Assembly (NCBI GenBank): GCA_943356745.1
Contig: CALRFT010000003.1
Coordinates: forward strand, 10,853-74,852
Length of the DNA: 64,000 nucleotides
Source of the DNA: Parcubacteria group bacterium
GTDB taxonomy: Bacteria; Patescibacteriota; Minisyncoccia; Phycocordibacterales; CSBR16-119
Direction of reading: 5' to 3'
The translations under genes were made by a program, and so were the position numbers. The notes under the pieces were generated by a model, which saw only the letters and a program-made list of their open reading frames with translations, did not search any database and was not told where the DNA came from. How positions within the stretch are numbered: the stretch's first letter is position 1; every line of letters starts with the position of its first letter. Below, one piece after another: positions 47,625 through 57,111 of the stretch.

Positions 47625-48467
47625 TCACTTTAACAACTGAGAAACTTCATTTTGAATACGAGCAGCTGTACTTGGTGCAATATTAAAGTCTTTTATAAGT
47701 TTTTCTTTTGTGTAAGGCAACAAATCTTGAGCCAAAACAAGTCCATGAACAACCAGTTTCGATCTTGCATCTTCGGACATACTTGGTATTACAGTAATCG
47801 GATATGCTTTTGTTCGCTCAATCATTTTTTGTAAAGAGTCTCTATTTGGATAATTCCAACCAGTAAGTCTCACTCCTCCGCACTGTGCAAATTTTTGAGC
47901 ATGATCAGTAAACTCAGTATTCGTCATAATCCATGTATGAAAATGTTTTGTACCAAGTTCGTTATTTTTAGGGTTTGAAGCAATATCTTTCATTCGAGCA
48001 TCCGCATACATAACCTGATCAATATGTGTTCTACCATTTGCGTCATTTCGAAACTTTGCTTCAATCATGTAGTAGTTATTGTCTTTCCAGGCAAGTATAT
48101 CAACTTCGTGAGTCACACATCTTCCTTTCATCATTTGGTTTCTTTTTGTTTGATATCCATCTTGCCTAAGAAGTGCCTCAAGAAATTTTTCGAATAAAAA
48201 ACCATCTGGACCAAGAGCGTTAACCCCTCTTTTAATACTGTACTTTACAGCAATATCAACATCTTCCCTAACCAAGTGTCTTAATGTATCTCTGAAAACA
48301 AAAGAGGTTGTCATCCCGGGTTGAATTTTTTGATTTACAACCTTACAAATTTTTTCAGCTTGAGATTTACTTGCACCAGCCCTTACAATCGATTCACAAA
48401 GTTTATCCTCACTAAAAAAAACTGTTTCCCCTGTTGATTTTTTAATTTTTTTTAATGAATCTGTCAT
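47625..48467 (-). CDS. ATP-cone domain plus PD-(D/E)xK (Mrr-like) endonuclease fusion
   Basis: N-terminal IKKSTGE...F...KL..SI..AG (ATP cone); GFLFEKF, HEVDILA, IEAKF. Confidence 0.8.
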   Translation of the reverse strand: MTDSLKKIKKSTGETVFFSEDKLCESIVRAGASKSQAEKICKVVNQKIQPGMTTSFVFRDTLRHLVREDVDIAVKYSIKRGVNALGPDGFLFEKFLEALLRQDGYQTKRNQMMKGRCVTHEVDILAWKDNNYYMIEAKFRNDANGRTHIDQVMYADARMKDIASNPKNNELGTKHFHTWIMTNTEFTDHAQKFAQCGGVRLTGWNYPNRDSLQKMIERTKAYPITVIPSMSEDARSKLVVHGLVLAQDLLPYTKEKLIKDFNIAPSTAARIQNEVSQLLK

Positions 48468-49360
48468 GGTTTTAATATATTAGTTAATGCATCCTCCAAG
48501 GTTTTAAAAGTGATTATATTGCCAAGCTCCCAAGCTCGAAGAGAAACAACTTTTTGGCTAGAAGTAATTTCTTCTGTAAATCCTCTATATTTGAGACGAA
48601 ATATGAATTTAGGAATCTTTAGGAAGTGAGGTTTTTCAAGAGTTTTTGCTAGTTGAAGAGAAAATTCTTGATATCTTACTGATTGAGGTGATACGGCATT
48701 TATAATTCCTTGAAAATTCTCATTTTTTATAACTGCAATATATATTTGAACAAGGTCAGCAATATGCATCCACGGGAACCAATTTTTTCCTTTTCCAACA
48801 GGACCACCTAAGCCTTTTTCATATATTAGCTTTAAAGCAGAAATAATTCCTGATTCACCTAAAATATTTCCCTGACGGATAATAACTGTTCTTGCGCCGT
48901 ATTTCACAGCTCGAGAACCTTCTTGCTCCCACTCAGAAGCAACGTGTGCAAGATAGGTATTTTTTTTACTTGGACTTCCTTCAGATAAAGTCTCTTCTCC
49001 ACAATCACCATACCATCCCGTTGCAGATACTTGGATAAAAGTTTTAGGGCAAAGATTTTTATCTTTAAAAGAAGATACGAGATTTCTTGTTGTTATAATT
49101 CTACTGGTATATATAGATTCTTTATGTTCTTTGTTCCAAGGACCCATGATAGATCTTCCAGCAAGATTAATAACAACGTCAGGATTTTTTATAAGCTGAC
49201 TATCAGGAACACCTTTTTCATAAGTGCCTTGAATAAAAGCAACACCGGAAATCTTTGATGCAACAAGATCAACAGAAACAACACTATTACCTTGGCGTAA
49301 AAGTTCACGAGAGAGTTTAGAACCTATAAAACCAGAACCACCGATAATAATTATTTTCAT
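48464..49360 (-). CDS. TIGR01777 family NAD-dependent epimerase-like protein (YfcH-like)
   Basis: GGSGFIG, VINLAG, SR...T, WE, G.NWFPWMHIAD; start set at ATG 49360. Confidence 0.9.
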   Translation of the reverse strand: MKIIIIGGSGFIGSKLSRELLRQGNSVVSVDLVASKISGVAFIQGTYEKGVPDSQLIKNPDVVINLAGRSIMGPWNKEHKESIYTSRIITTRNLVSSFKDKNLCPKTFIQVSATGWYGDCGEETLSEGSPSKKNTYLAHVASEWEQEGSRAVKYGARTVIIRQGNILGESGIISALKLIYEKGLGGPVGKGKNWFPWMHIADLVQIYIAVIKNENFQGIINAVSPQSVRYQEFSLQLAKTLEKPHFLKIPKFIFRLKYRGFTEEITSSQKVVSLRAWELGNIITFKTLEDALTNILKP

Positions 49361-49407
49361 ATATCTAATTATATCAAACAAAAACGCATCATACGATGCG
49401 TTTTTGT

Positions 49408-50127
49408 TTATTTTTTACCAATAAGTACTGAAACTATTTGATCTACTTGAGCAAATGGAGTTGCACCTCGCAAAGGAAAAGTTTCTCCATTAGAAGTAAT
49501 AACGATTGAATGAGGTGTTCCGTTTGCACCAATCAATCTTGCTTCAGCGGCATTTTCCTGCACAGCTTTTGCAACCTCTTCACTTCCCTGACATTCCCAG
49601 AAATCTTCTTCGCTTGAAAAACCAAGTTTAAGGGCCTCTTGAACAAGAATATCATTTGTGATGTCTGGAAATTCTGCAAACAAAGCATCTGAATATTGCC
49701 AGAATGCCTCATCACCAAGTCTTTGCCCTACACACTCAGAAGCAAGAGCTGCTTCATTGTTTCGATATGGAAGATGTCTGTAAACCCAAGCAACATCATC
49801 AGGATATTTTTCTACAATATCCCGAAGTGTTGGATGAAACGAAGCGCAGAAACCACAACCAAAATCAGAAAACTCAACAATTGTAACTTTTGGGCGCTTT
49901 GCACCTCGTATAAAGTCTTCCTTGTCATCCACTTCATACAGAAGTTTTGCTCCCCCAGACTCTTCTGCAATTCTATTTGTTGCATCTGTAAGTGCTGAAG
50001 ACCGATTAAAGAAAATCTGAGACACTAGAATAGATATAGCTATTAATGCACCGGCAATAATAATTGCCTTTTGCGTTGTAAGTCCAGAAAAAACTTTTTT
50101 TATGTGGTTTTTATTTTCTTCATGCAT
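49408..50127 (-). CDS. DsbA/DsbG-like thioredoxin-fold protein, membrane anchored
   Basis: VEFSDFGCGFC, YRHLP, GTP. Confidence 0.9.
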   Translation of the reverse strand: MHEENKNHIKKVFSGLTTQKAIIIAGALIAISILVSQIFFNRSSALTDATNRIAEESGGAKLLYEVDDKEDFIRGAKRPKVTIVEFSDFGCGFCASFHPTLRDIVEKYPDDVAWVYRHLPYRNNEAALASECVGQRLGDEAFWQYSDALFAEFPDITNDILVQEALKLGFSSEEDFWECQGSEEVAKAVQENAAEARLIGANGTPHSIVITSNGETFPLRGATPFAQVDQIVSVLIGKK

Positions 50128-50519
50128 GATGTGCATTTACATCCTATTGGTTTTATAAATTCGTTAAAATATTCCTTACCGTAATCGTAGTTTATCTCTT
50201 CACCCTTTGCAATATCTTTTATTGCGTAAATTTTTATTTCACCCCTATCAATCTCCACTTCTGCATTTGGTTTACATGCATGATTGATATATCGTGCAAT
50301 ATTTTCACGCATTGCACCGTCAATTGTAAAATGATCATCGACTTCAAAGAGATACTTCCCTGGATGGTCTTCGCATTTTGCGTTTGGGATAATTTCACCA
50401 ACATAATCGATGATGTAATCACCCTTTTTAATTTGCTCTTCAGCAAAAAGACCAAGCCCAGCACCCTTTTCAGCTCTTCCTACTTTTACTTTTTTTCCAA
50501 TTACCGGTTTTATTTTCAT
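50100..50519 (-). CDS. SET-domain lysine methyltransferase
   Basis: GLGLFA, ARYINHACKPN, GEEINYDYG, post-SET CKCTSC. Confidence 0.92.
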   Translation of the reverse strand: MKIKPVIGKKVKVGRAEKGAGLGLFAEEQIKKGDYIIDYVGEIIPNAKCEDHPGKYLFEVDDHFTIDGAMRENIARYINHACKPNAEVEIDRGEIKIYAIKDIAKGEEINYDYGKEYFNEFIKPIGCKCTSCMKKIKTT

Positions 50520-50541
50520 ACAAGGGAAATATTATTGTGTA

Positions 50542-51198
50542 TTAATTTGAAGTAGTGTAAACAACGAAATCTAGTTTAATAGTATCTTCAACAACAGAGT
50601 CTCCAATATCTTCAAAGAAAGATGATGAAAGAGTTGTTACACCCCAAAGAGTTCGATCGAGTTCGAATTGTCCTTGAATTTCATATCCTGTTTCTGTTTG
50701 TGAAAGAGTATAAGGAACAATAACTTCCTGTGTTACACCTTTCATAGTAAGCAAACCTTGCACTTGCTCATCTGCTTTTCCTGTAATAACAAAATTTGCT
50801 TGTGGATATGTTTCTACATCAAAAAAGTCAGCACTCTTAAGGTGATTTATAAGCATTTCTGGCTCATTTTCTCCAGAAAGAGTTGTCATATCAATAACAA
50901 GTTGTCCACCAACAACTTCCATTTCACCTGCTTCATTTTTTGGAGCAAGACCTAGGAAGGAAATATTTGTATCAAACTTGAGAGTTCCTGTATGACTCTT
51001 GATCTGAATTTTATTTTCTCCAAACCATGTAATGTAAGATTCATTACTAATTTTTTGTTGAGAGAAGTCACCCACAGAAGGAGTGAAATTTGCTGTTTCT
51101 CCGTTTGTAAGAGATGTGTTTTTTACAAAATCAACATTTCTAAAAACAAGAAATAGCACCACGATAACTAAAACAACGAGAAGGATTTTTTTAACCAT
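50542..51198 (-). CDS. YceI family lipid/polyisoprenoid-binding protein
   Basis: HLKSADFFDVETYP.A.F, G.LTMKGVT, LDRT.WG. Confidence 0.92.
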   Translation of the reverse strand: MVKKILLVVLVIVVLFLVFRNVDFVKNTSLTNGETANFTPSVGDFSQQKISNESYITWFGENKIQIKSHTGTLKFDTNISFLGLAPKNEAGEMEVVGGQLVIDMTTLSGENEPEMLINHLKSADFFDVETYPQANFVITGKADEQVQGLLTMKGVTQEVIVPYTLSQTETGYEIQGQFELDRTLWGVTTLSSSFFEDIGDSVVEDTIKLDFVVYTTSN

Positions 51199-51207
51199 AT
51201 ATTTAAA

Positions 51208-52188
51208 TTAACTAGCTTTGTTATTTACTTCGTAATTAGTATTTTGTGATTCAAAGAAGTTTACAAGCTCATAGACATCAGTTGCTGTTGTCATCCATTT
51301 TGCAGGATTTGCAACATTGTAATATGGCTCAAGTCCAAGTTCTTCAAGTCGTCGATCTGCAACATACTGCACGTATTGATTTACGTATTCTGCATTAAGA
51401 CCAAGAATTCCATTTGGGAACAAGTCTTTGTTGTATTCAACTTCACAATTTACCCCCTCAATAATAATATTTCTTATCTCATCTGCAAAGTCCGCAGTGA
51501 GGAGTTCAGCATTCTCTTCAAGGATTGTCAAAATAAGGTTGATACCAAATTTAAGGTGAAGGGACTCATCTCGAATTACCCAGTTAATCATAGAACCGAA
51601 GTTTCGAAGTTTGTTTCTCTGTCTAAATGAAAGCATTACCATGAATCCTGAGTAGAACCATGTTCCCTCCATTACAATATTAGTCGCAACAAGATTTCGA
51701 ATAAAGTCTTTCTTTCCTTCAGCTGTTTCAATATCGAGACTTTGTTCAGTCATTCGTTCCATATATTTATTAATGAAATCTTCCTTCTTTTTCATTGAAG
51801 GCGTTTCAAGGTGAACCTTATAGATTTCATCTCGATCAAATGGGAATGTTTCGAGAACATATTCAAACGCAACACAGTGATTTGCCTCTTCCCACATTTG
51901 TTTTACCAAATACAGGTGGCATTCTGCTGATTTCAAATAAGGATATACCCCAAGTGCAAGTGAACGATTTACGATAAGTTCTGCTGGATTAAAAAATGCC
52001 ATAACAAACTTTACCGCCCTTTGTTCGTCCTCTGTCATTGCTTCAAAATCTTGAAGATCTTCTCGAAGAACAATTTCGTGAGGATACCATGTGTTTCGTA
52101 CCGCTTGATCATACAATTCTCGTGCCCAAGGATATTGACTTGGGTGCAAATTTACATCTGTTGGTGATGCTTTTCCAATGAGTGCCAT
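51208..52188 (-). CDS. nrdB: Ribonucleotide reductase beta subunit (class Ic / R2c-like residues)
   Basis: EEANH, EG.WFYSGF, RDESLH, NFFE...TNY. Confidence 0.95.
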   Translation of the reverse strand: MALIGKASPTDVNLHPSQYPWARELYDQAVRNTWYPHEIVLREDLQDFEAMTEDEQRAVKFVMAFFNPAELIVNRSLALGVYPYLKSAECHLYLVKQMWEEANHCVAFEYVLETFPFDRDEIYKVHLETPSMKKKEDFINKYMERMTEQSLDIETAEGKKDFIRNLVATNIVMEGTWFYSGFMVMLSFRQRNKLRNFGSMINWVIRDESLHLKFGINLILTILEENAELLTADFADEIRNIIIEGVNCEVEYNKDLFPNGILGLNAEYVNQYVQYVADRRLEELGLEPYYNVANPAKWMTTATDVYELVNFFESQNTNYEVNNKAS

Positions 52189-52303
52189 ATATATAAATAA
52201 ATCTTAAAGTGTAATAATTAAAAAATTACTTGTGTCTGGGGAAACCCCTTTAACACCTTACACGACTAATAAAACGACCTTATTTCTGATAATCAAATAT
52301 TAT

Positions 52304-54829
52304 TTATTGACAACTGTCACACTGATTCAAGAGTGAAGGATCTTCTGGAACTGTTTCACTTATTCCCCCGTCAGCCATTGCGTAACTGATTTTTGGCTTT
52401 ACAGCTTGAACAGTTTCTTCCACTGCTACAGGTGATGGAGTTGGTGTACTTTGAAGCGCTGCAAAACCTTTTCGCCCTAGTGTTTCTCGCTTGTTTACTG
52501 TAACTGTACTTTGTTCAGCGTTGTGTCGCGGCTTTACATGTGCGTAGTACGTTGATTTCAAACCTTTTTCCCATGCATCACTATAGATGCTTGAGAGTTC
52601 GTCATTTTCTCTTGTTTCAAGATACATATTTCGAGAAATTGCTTGGTCAATCCACTTTTGTGCTCGCGCAGTAACCTCAATAACAGCTTTTGGATTAATT
52701 TCAAATGAAGATTTATATCGATTTCGAACATCTTCAGGAATTTCAAGAATATGCTGAACATCTCCATGACTTTCAATAATTTTTGTTCGAGTTTTTTCCC
52801 AAAGACCAAGTGTCTTAAGTTCATTTACCAAGTTCACGTTAATGTCCATGTATTTTCCAGAGAATTTACTTCGAGCAAACACTTGAGCAAATCGAGCATC
52901 CATCCCAGGAACAGTTCCTGCAACAAGACCAATATTTGCATTTGGTGCAACAGCCATAAGTGTCGCGTTTCGCATTCCCTTTTTTACTTTTACTCGAAGC
53001 GCATCCCAATCAAGTCCGCCATGATGCATTCCCGTATCAACAGTAAGCTTTCCTCCTCGAACCTTATTAAGTTCTGCAAGAGTATCGTATGGAACCATTC
53101 CCTTACTCCATCTTGATCCTTCGAAATTTGCATATGAACCTCTTTCTTGTGCAAGATCTGCACTTGTATCAATTGCAATGTAACTAATGAATTCGAATAC
53201 CTGATCAATGAATTTGTAGGTTTGTTCACTTTCATATGCCCAACCCATTTTTTCAATAGTGTCTGCAATTCCCATAACTCCCATGCCAACAGCTCGATTG
53301 TTTTGATCTGAATTTCGAGCCTCTGCTACTGGAAGTACATTGATATCAAGAAGATTATCAAGTGAACGAATACCTGTTCGTACTGTTGTCTCAAGTTTTT
53401 GCCAGTCTAACTCTCTTCCTTTTAAGTGTGTTGCAAGGTTAAGTGATCCGAGATTGCATACAGCAATGTTGTCTTTATCTTGCGGAAGTGCAATTTCTGT
53501 ACAAAGATTAGACATATGAATTGTTCCAGTGTTGTTGTTGATTGCCCGAACATTGAATGCATCTTTCCATGTGAGCCATGGGTGTGATGTACTTACAAGT
53601 GCAACAAGCATTTTTTTCCAAATCTTCACAGCACTATCAACTTTATGAAGTCGAAGTTTTCCTTCTTGAGCCATCGTAATATATTCAGCATATCGCTTTG
53701 AGAATTTTTCTCCATACAACTCAACAAGATCTGGTGTTTCTTTTGGATCGAACATATACCATTCTTCATCAGCGTGAACTCGTCGCATAAATTCGTCGTT
53801 AATATACGCCGCAGTATTTGCTGTTCTCATTCTCTCGTGTTCGTCTCCTGCGTTGTGTTTCCAATCAATAAATTCTGGAAAATCCATGTGCCATGGTTCC
53901 ATATAGAAACAAAGCGCTCCTTTTTTCTTTCCACCTCGAACGATTGAACGAATAGCAACGTCCATGATTTTTGCAAAAGTTGTTGGACCACTTGAAGCTC
54001 CTCCATGAGAAAGCGGTGAACCTGTGGCTCGAAGTTTTGTAACAGAAACCCCAAGTCCTCCTGTTGCTTTTGAAATCATCATCACATCAGCAACTGTTTT
54101 TGAAATATTTGCCATGTCATCTTCCATTTGAATCAAGAAACAGTTTGAGAGTGCTGCATTTTTTGTTCCTGATCCAATATTTGCTGAACCTCCAGCAATA
54201 TAATCAAGTTGTGACATTGCGTTGTAAAGCTCAATTGCTTTTTCTGTCGCATCTTTTTCAATGAACGTAAGTCCCATTGCAATTCGCATAAAAGCAAACT
54301 GTGGAGTTTCGTATGATGTTTCCCCGTCTCGCTTAAGCGTATATCGGTGCATCAATGTTGAAGCACCAGCGTAATCAAAAAGATTATCTCTTTCAACCTT
54401 AAGTGCTTTTGCAAGTTTTTCAAGATCGAAATTGTTTTTCATTTCTTCTCGAAGAATTCCTTTTGTTACTGCATCTTGAATGTGTTTTGCAAATTTAGCT
54501 TCGTGAAGTTCTTGAACAGCATTTGGGTTATCTCGTTCAAATTCACCAAGAATATTTTTGTAAACTGTTTTTAAGAAAAGTCGAGTTGCAACAGTACCGT
54601 AATCTGGATCATTTTGTATATTTTGGAGTGCTGCACTAATTGTAGCCTGATCAAGTTCGTCTTCTGTAATTCCATTATAAAGAGTAAGTGAAGTCTCAGT
54701 TGCAATTTGAGTCACTTTTGAAAGCCAGTCAGGAAGGCCAGCGCAAGCTCGTTCAATAGATTTGTTAATTTTATCAGCGTCAAATGGTTGTTTTGAACCA
54801 TCTCGCTTTGTTACATAGATTGTAGTCAT
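52304..54829 (-). CDS. nrdA: Ribonucleotide reductase alpha subunit with N-terminal ATP cone
   Basis: VTKRDG, LSNCF, SNLCTEI, CNLGS, GLKSTYY, C-terminal CDSCQ; start set at ATG 54829. Confidence 0.97.
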   Translation of the reverse strand: MTTIYVTKRDGSKQPFDADKINKSIERACAGLPDWLSKVTQIATETSLTLYNGITEDELDQATISAALQNIQNDPDYGTVATRLFLKTVYKNILGEFERDNPNAVQELHEAKFAKHIQDAVTKGILREEMKNNFDLEKLAKALKVERDNLFDYAGASTLMHRYTLKRDGETSYETPQFAFMRIAMGLTFIEKDATEKAIELYNAMSQLDYIAGGSANIGSGTKNAALSNCFLIQMEDDMANISKTVADVMMISKATGGLGVSVTKLRATGSPLSHGGASSGPTTFAKIMDVAIRSIVRGGKKKGALCFYMEPWHMDFPEFIDWKHNAGDEHERMRTANTAAYINDEFMRRVHADEEWYMFDPKETPDLVELYGEKFSKRYAEYITMAQEGKLRLHKVDSAVKIWKKMLVALVSTSHPWLTWKDAFNVRAINNNTGTIHMSNLCTEIALPQDKDNIAVCNLGSLNLATHLKGRELDWQKLETTVRTGIRSLDNLLDINVLPVAEARNSDQNNRAVGMGVMGIADTIEKMGWAYESEQTYKFIDQVFEFISYIAIDTSADLAQERGSYANFEGSRWSKGMVPYDTLAELNKVRGGKLTVDTGMHHGGLDWDALRVKVKKGMRNATLMAVAPNANIGLVAGTVPGMDARFAQVFARSKFSGKYMDINVNLVNELKTLGLWEKTRTKIIESHGDVQHILEIPEDVRNRYKSSFEINPKAVIEVTARAQKWIDQAISRNMYLETRENDELSSIYSDAWEKGLKSTYYAHVKPRHNAEQSTVTVNKRETLGRKGFAALQSTPTPSPVAVEETVQAVKPKISYAMADGGISETVPEDPSLLNQCDSCQ

Positions 54830-55089
54830 AAGCAAACAAACAACGAATTATTTAATAAATTGGGGATAAAAAAAAGCCTAATTTCAAGACTTTTCTAATT
54901 TACTCTATGTAATAGTGGTTATGTGGGAAACACTATCACACAACTCACGAAGCAGCACTCCAGCTCCTTCGTGTGATTATTGTATCAGTGTGTCGATGAG
55001 GGTTTTCCCCAAGTCTTGAAAAATAAAGACCGAAAAAATTAAAAAGAAACAAAAAGAAAAAATGTAAACAAGTCCAAAACAAAAAACCC

Positions 55090-55785
55090 TTATTTTAGGG
55101 GTTTTTGTTTTATTCTCTCTTCTGCAACCTGTCCATCAATTAAGTAGATTACTTTGTCACAATCAACAGTATATTCTTCTTCGTGTGTCACCATAACAAT
55201 GGTTTGCCCTTTTTCATGAAGGCGTTTGAGTGATTCAATCACAGCAGCACTAGACATGGAGTCTAGGTTTGCTGTTGGTTCATCTGCAAAAAGGATTTGA
55301 GGATTTTGAACAATAGCACGAGCAATTGAAACACGTTGTTGCTCACCTCCAGAAAGTTGATTTGGTCTATTATTCGCCTTCCCATCCAAACCAAGTTCCT
55401 TGAGAGATTCCGTTCCACGTTTTTTTGCTTCATCTTCTGAAATACCTTCCATGAGAAGTGGAATGATAACATTTTCAATTGCATTTAATTCAGGTACGAG
55501 GGCGTAGTCTTGAAAAATATACCCAAGATGCTTAAGACGAAAATCAGTTCTTTCATCTTCATCTAAAGCCAAAATATCAACTCCATCAACAATAACCTGT
55601 CCATCTGTCGGCCTATCTAGGAGACTTATTTGATATAGCAAGGTTGATTTACCGGCTCCTGATTTTCCCATAATCGCCACAAACTCTCCTGAATTAATTT
55701 CAAGATTAAGTCCACGAAGAACCTTTGTTTCAACTTCTCCGTTTCCATATGTCTTTATGAGGTTTTTTACTGAAATAATAGCCAT
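55090..55785 (-). CDS. ABC transporter ATP-binding protein (LolD/MacB-like)
   Basis: GKSGAGKST, LSGGEQQR, ADEPT, VTH. Confidence 0.95.
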   Translation of the reverse strand: MAIISVKNLIKTYGNGEVETKVLRGLNLEINSGEFVAIMGKSGAGKSTLLYQISLLDRPTDGQVIVDGVDILALDEDERTDFRLKHLGYIFQDYALVPELNAIENVIIPLLMEGISEDEAKKRGTESLKELGLDGKANNRPNQLSGGEQQRVSIARAIVQNPQILFADEPTANLDSMSSAAVIESLKRLHEKGQTIVMVTHEEEYTVDCDKVIYLIDGQVAEERIKQKPLK

Positions 55786-55789
55786 ATAG

Positions 55790-57106
55790 TTAGCGTTGCA
55801 AAATACTATCAAGAGTATTTTTCTTAACAATTAAACGAGCTGGGAGATAGCCCGCAATCACAGTAACAAAAAATAGAATAAGGAAACGGTTAAATGTTGG
55901 AAGAGGGTCAGCAACAAGAATTCCATCACTAAAAGGAAAATCAATTGGGTTTGCAGCAATCACAGGAACTAAAAGACCGTACACAATCAGCGCTCCAATC
56001 AAAGATCCAATCAAAACATAAAATACTGATTGAAGAACGTACGCAATCTCGATTGCTGTTCCAGAAATACCAATTCCTTTTAAGATTCCAATGAACTTTC
56101 GTCTAGTAAGAGCGTTGATATAAATAACAATAAAAATAGTAATAGCAGAAACAACGAGTCCAATTCCTCCGATTGCGGTTCCAAGAATACTAAATGTTTG
56201 TTTAATATCATCCAAAAACTTAGGTATCGCCTCAGCTGCTGTTTGAATTTTTGCTAGATTACTAAATCCATACGAAACAAGAACTTGTTTTACATATTGA
56301 TCTTCATAACCATCAGCTTTTTTAATGGCAATTTCTTGAGCATTTAAAGAAGTGTCTCCGGTGAGTCTTCTGTAATCAGATTCAGTAACAAATGCAGCCA
56401 AAGAAACTTCGTCCACTTTTGATTTTACAATTCCCTTCACGATAAACTCTTGTGTATTTGAACTTGCAGTACTATCACCTGAAAGATCTGAAGAGAATGT
56501 AAGTCCTTTTCCTGTTACAGAAACTTTTACTCTATCACCTGGATACACCTCATCAAGAGGTTCAAATAAATCAGAAAAGTTTGAATATCGACGAATAAAA
56601 GTAGAACCGAGTAGTATGTAGCCACTTTCGTCTGATTCAAGCATTTGACCTTCAACTAAAGATTCTGAAAGTCCGGTAACACTTTCTTCTCTTTCTGGAT
56701 CAATACCTACAATGTTTACCCCTACAGAATTTGGTAGGGCGGAAAAATCTCTTCGTTCTCTGTAGTTTGCTTCAATAGTTGCACCTGATTTGTATCGAAC
56801 AGTGAAATCTTGGACGATTGGTAATGACTCTAGAGTGCTTTGAATCATCCCTGTTGATTGAATTGATGATTCATCAGCCAAGGTTGAAATAAAGACATCT
56901 CCAGAATATCTTTCTCTGTTTGCCTGAAAGGACCCTTCAAGAAGTCCTACCAAAATACCGGAAATCACGACAAGACTGAGAAATGTTAGTGTCATAATTC
57001 CAATAATCAAAAGATTGATCCAAAAATTTCCTCGAGTAATTTGCCTCTTCGCAAGAAGAGTTCCTACCACAAGAGAAGTTTGGAATTTTTTAAATTTACG
57101 AAACAT
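55790..57106 (-). CDS. FtsX-like / MacB-type ABC permease
   Basis: TM, large extracellular loop, then 3 TMs; IGILKGIG, YLPAR. Confidence 0.9.
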   Translation of the reverse strand: MFRKFKKFQTSLVVGTLLAKRQITRGNFWINLLIIGIMTLTFLSLVVISGILVGLLEGSFQANRERYSGDVFISTLADESSIQSTGMIQSTLESLPIVQDFTVRYKSGATIEANYRERRDFSALPNSVGVNIVGIDPEREESVTGLSESLVEGQMLESDESGYILLGSTFIRRYSNFSDLFEPLDEVYPGDRVKVSVTGKGLTFSSDLSGDSTASSNTQEFIVKGIVKSKVDEVSLAAFVTESDYRRLTGDTSLNAQEIAIKKADGYEDQYVKQVLVSYGFSNLAKIQTAAEAIPKFLDDIKQTFSILGTAIGGIGLVVSAITIFIVIYINALTRRKFIGILKGIGISGTAIEIAYVLQSVFYVLIGSLIGALIVYGLLVPVIAANPIDFPFSDGILVADPLPTFNRFLILFFVTVIAGYLPARLIVKKNTLDSILQR

Positions 57107-57111
57107 ATAGT

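Noticed and set aside
54900-54920. NrdR box upstream of nrdA (ACTCTATGTAATAGTG)
   Set aside because: Out of register with the 16-bp NrdR consensus and no clear second tandem box.
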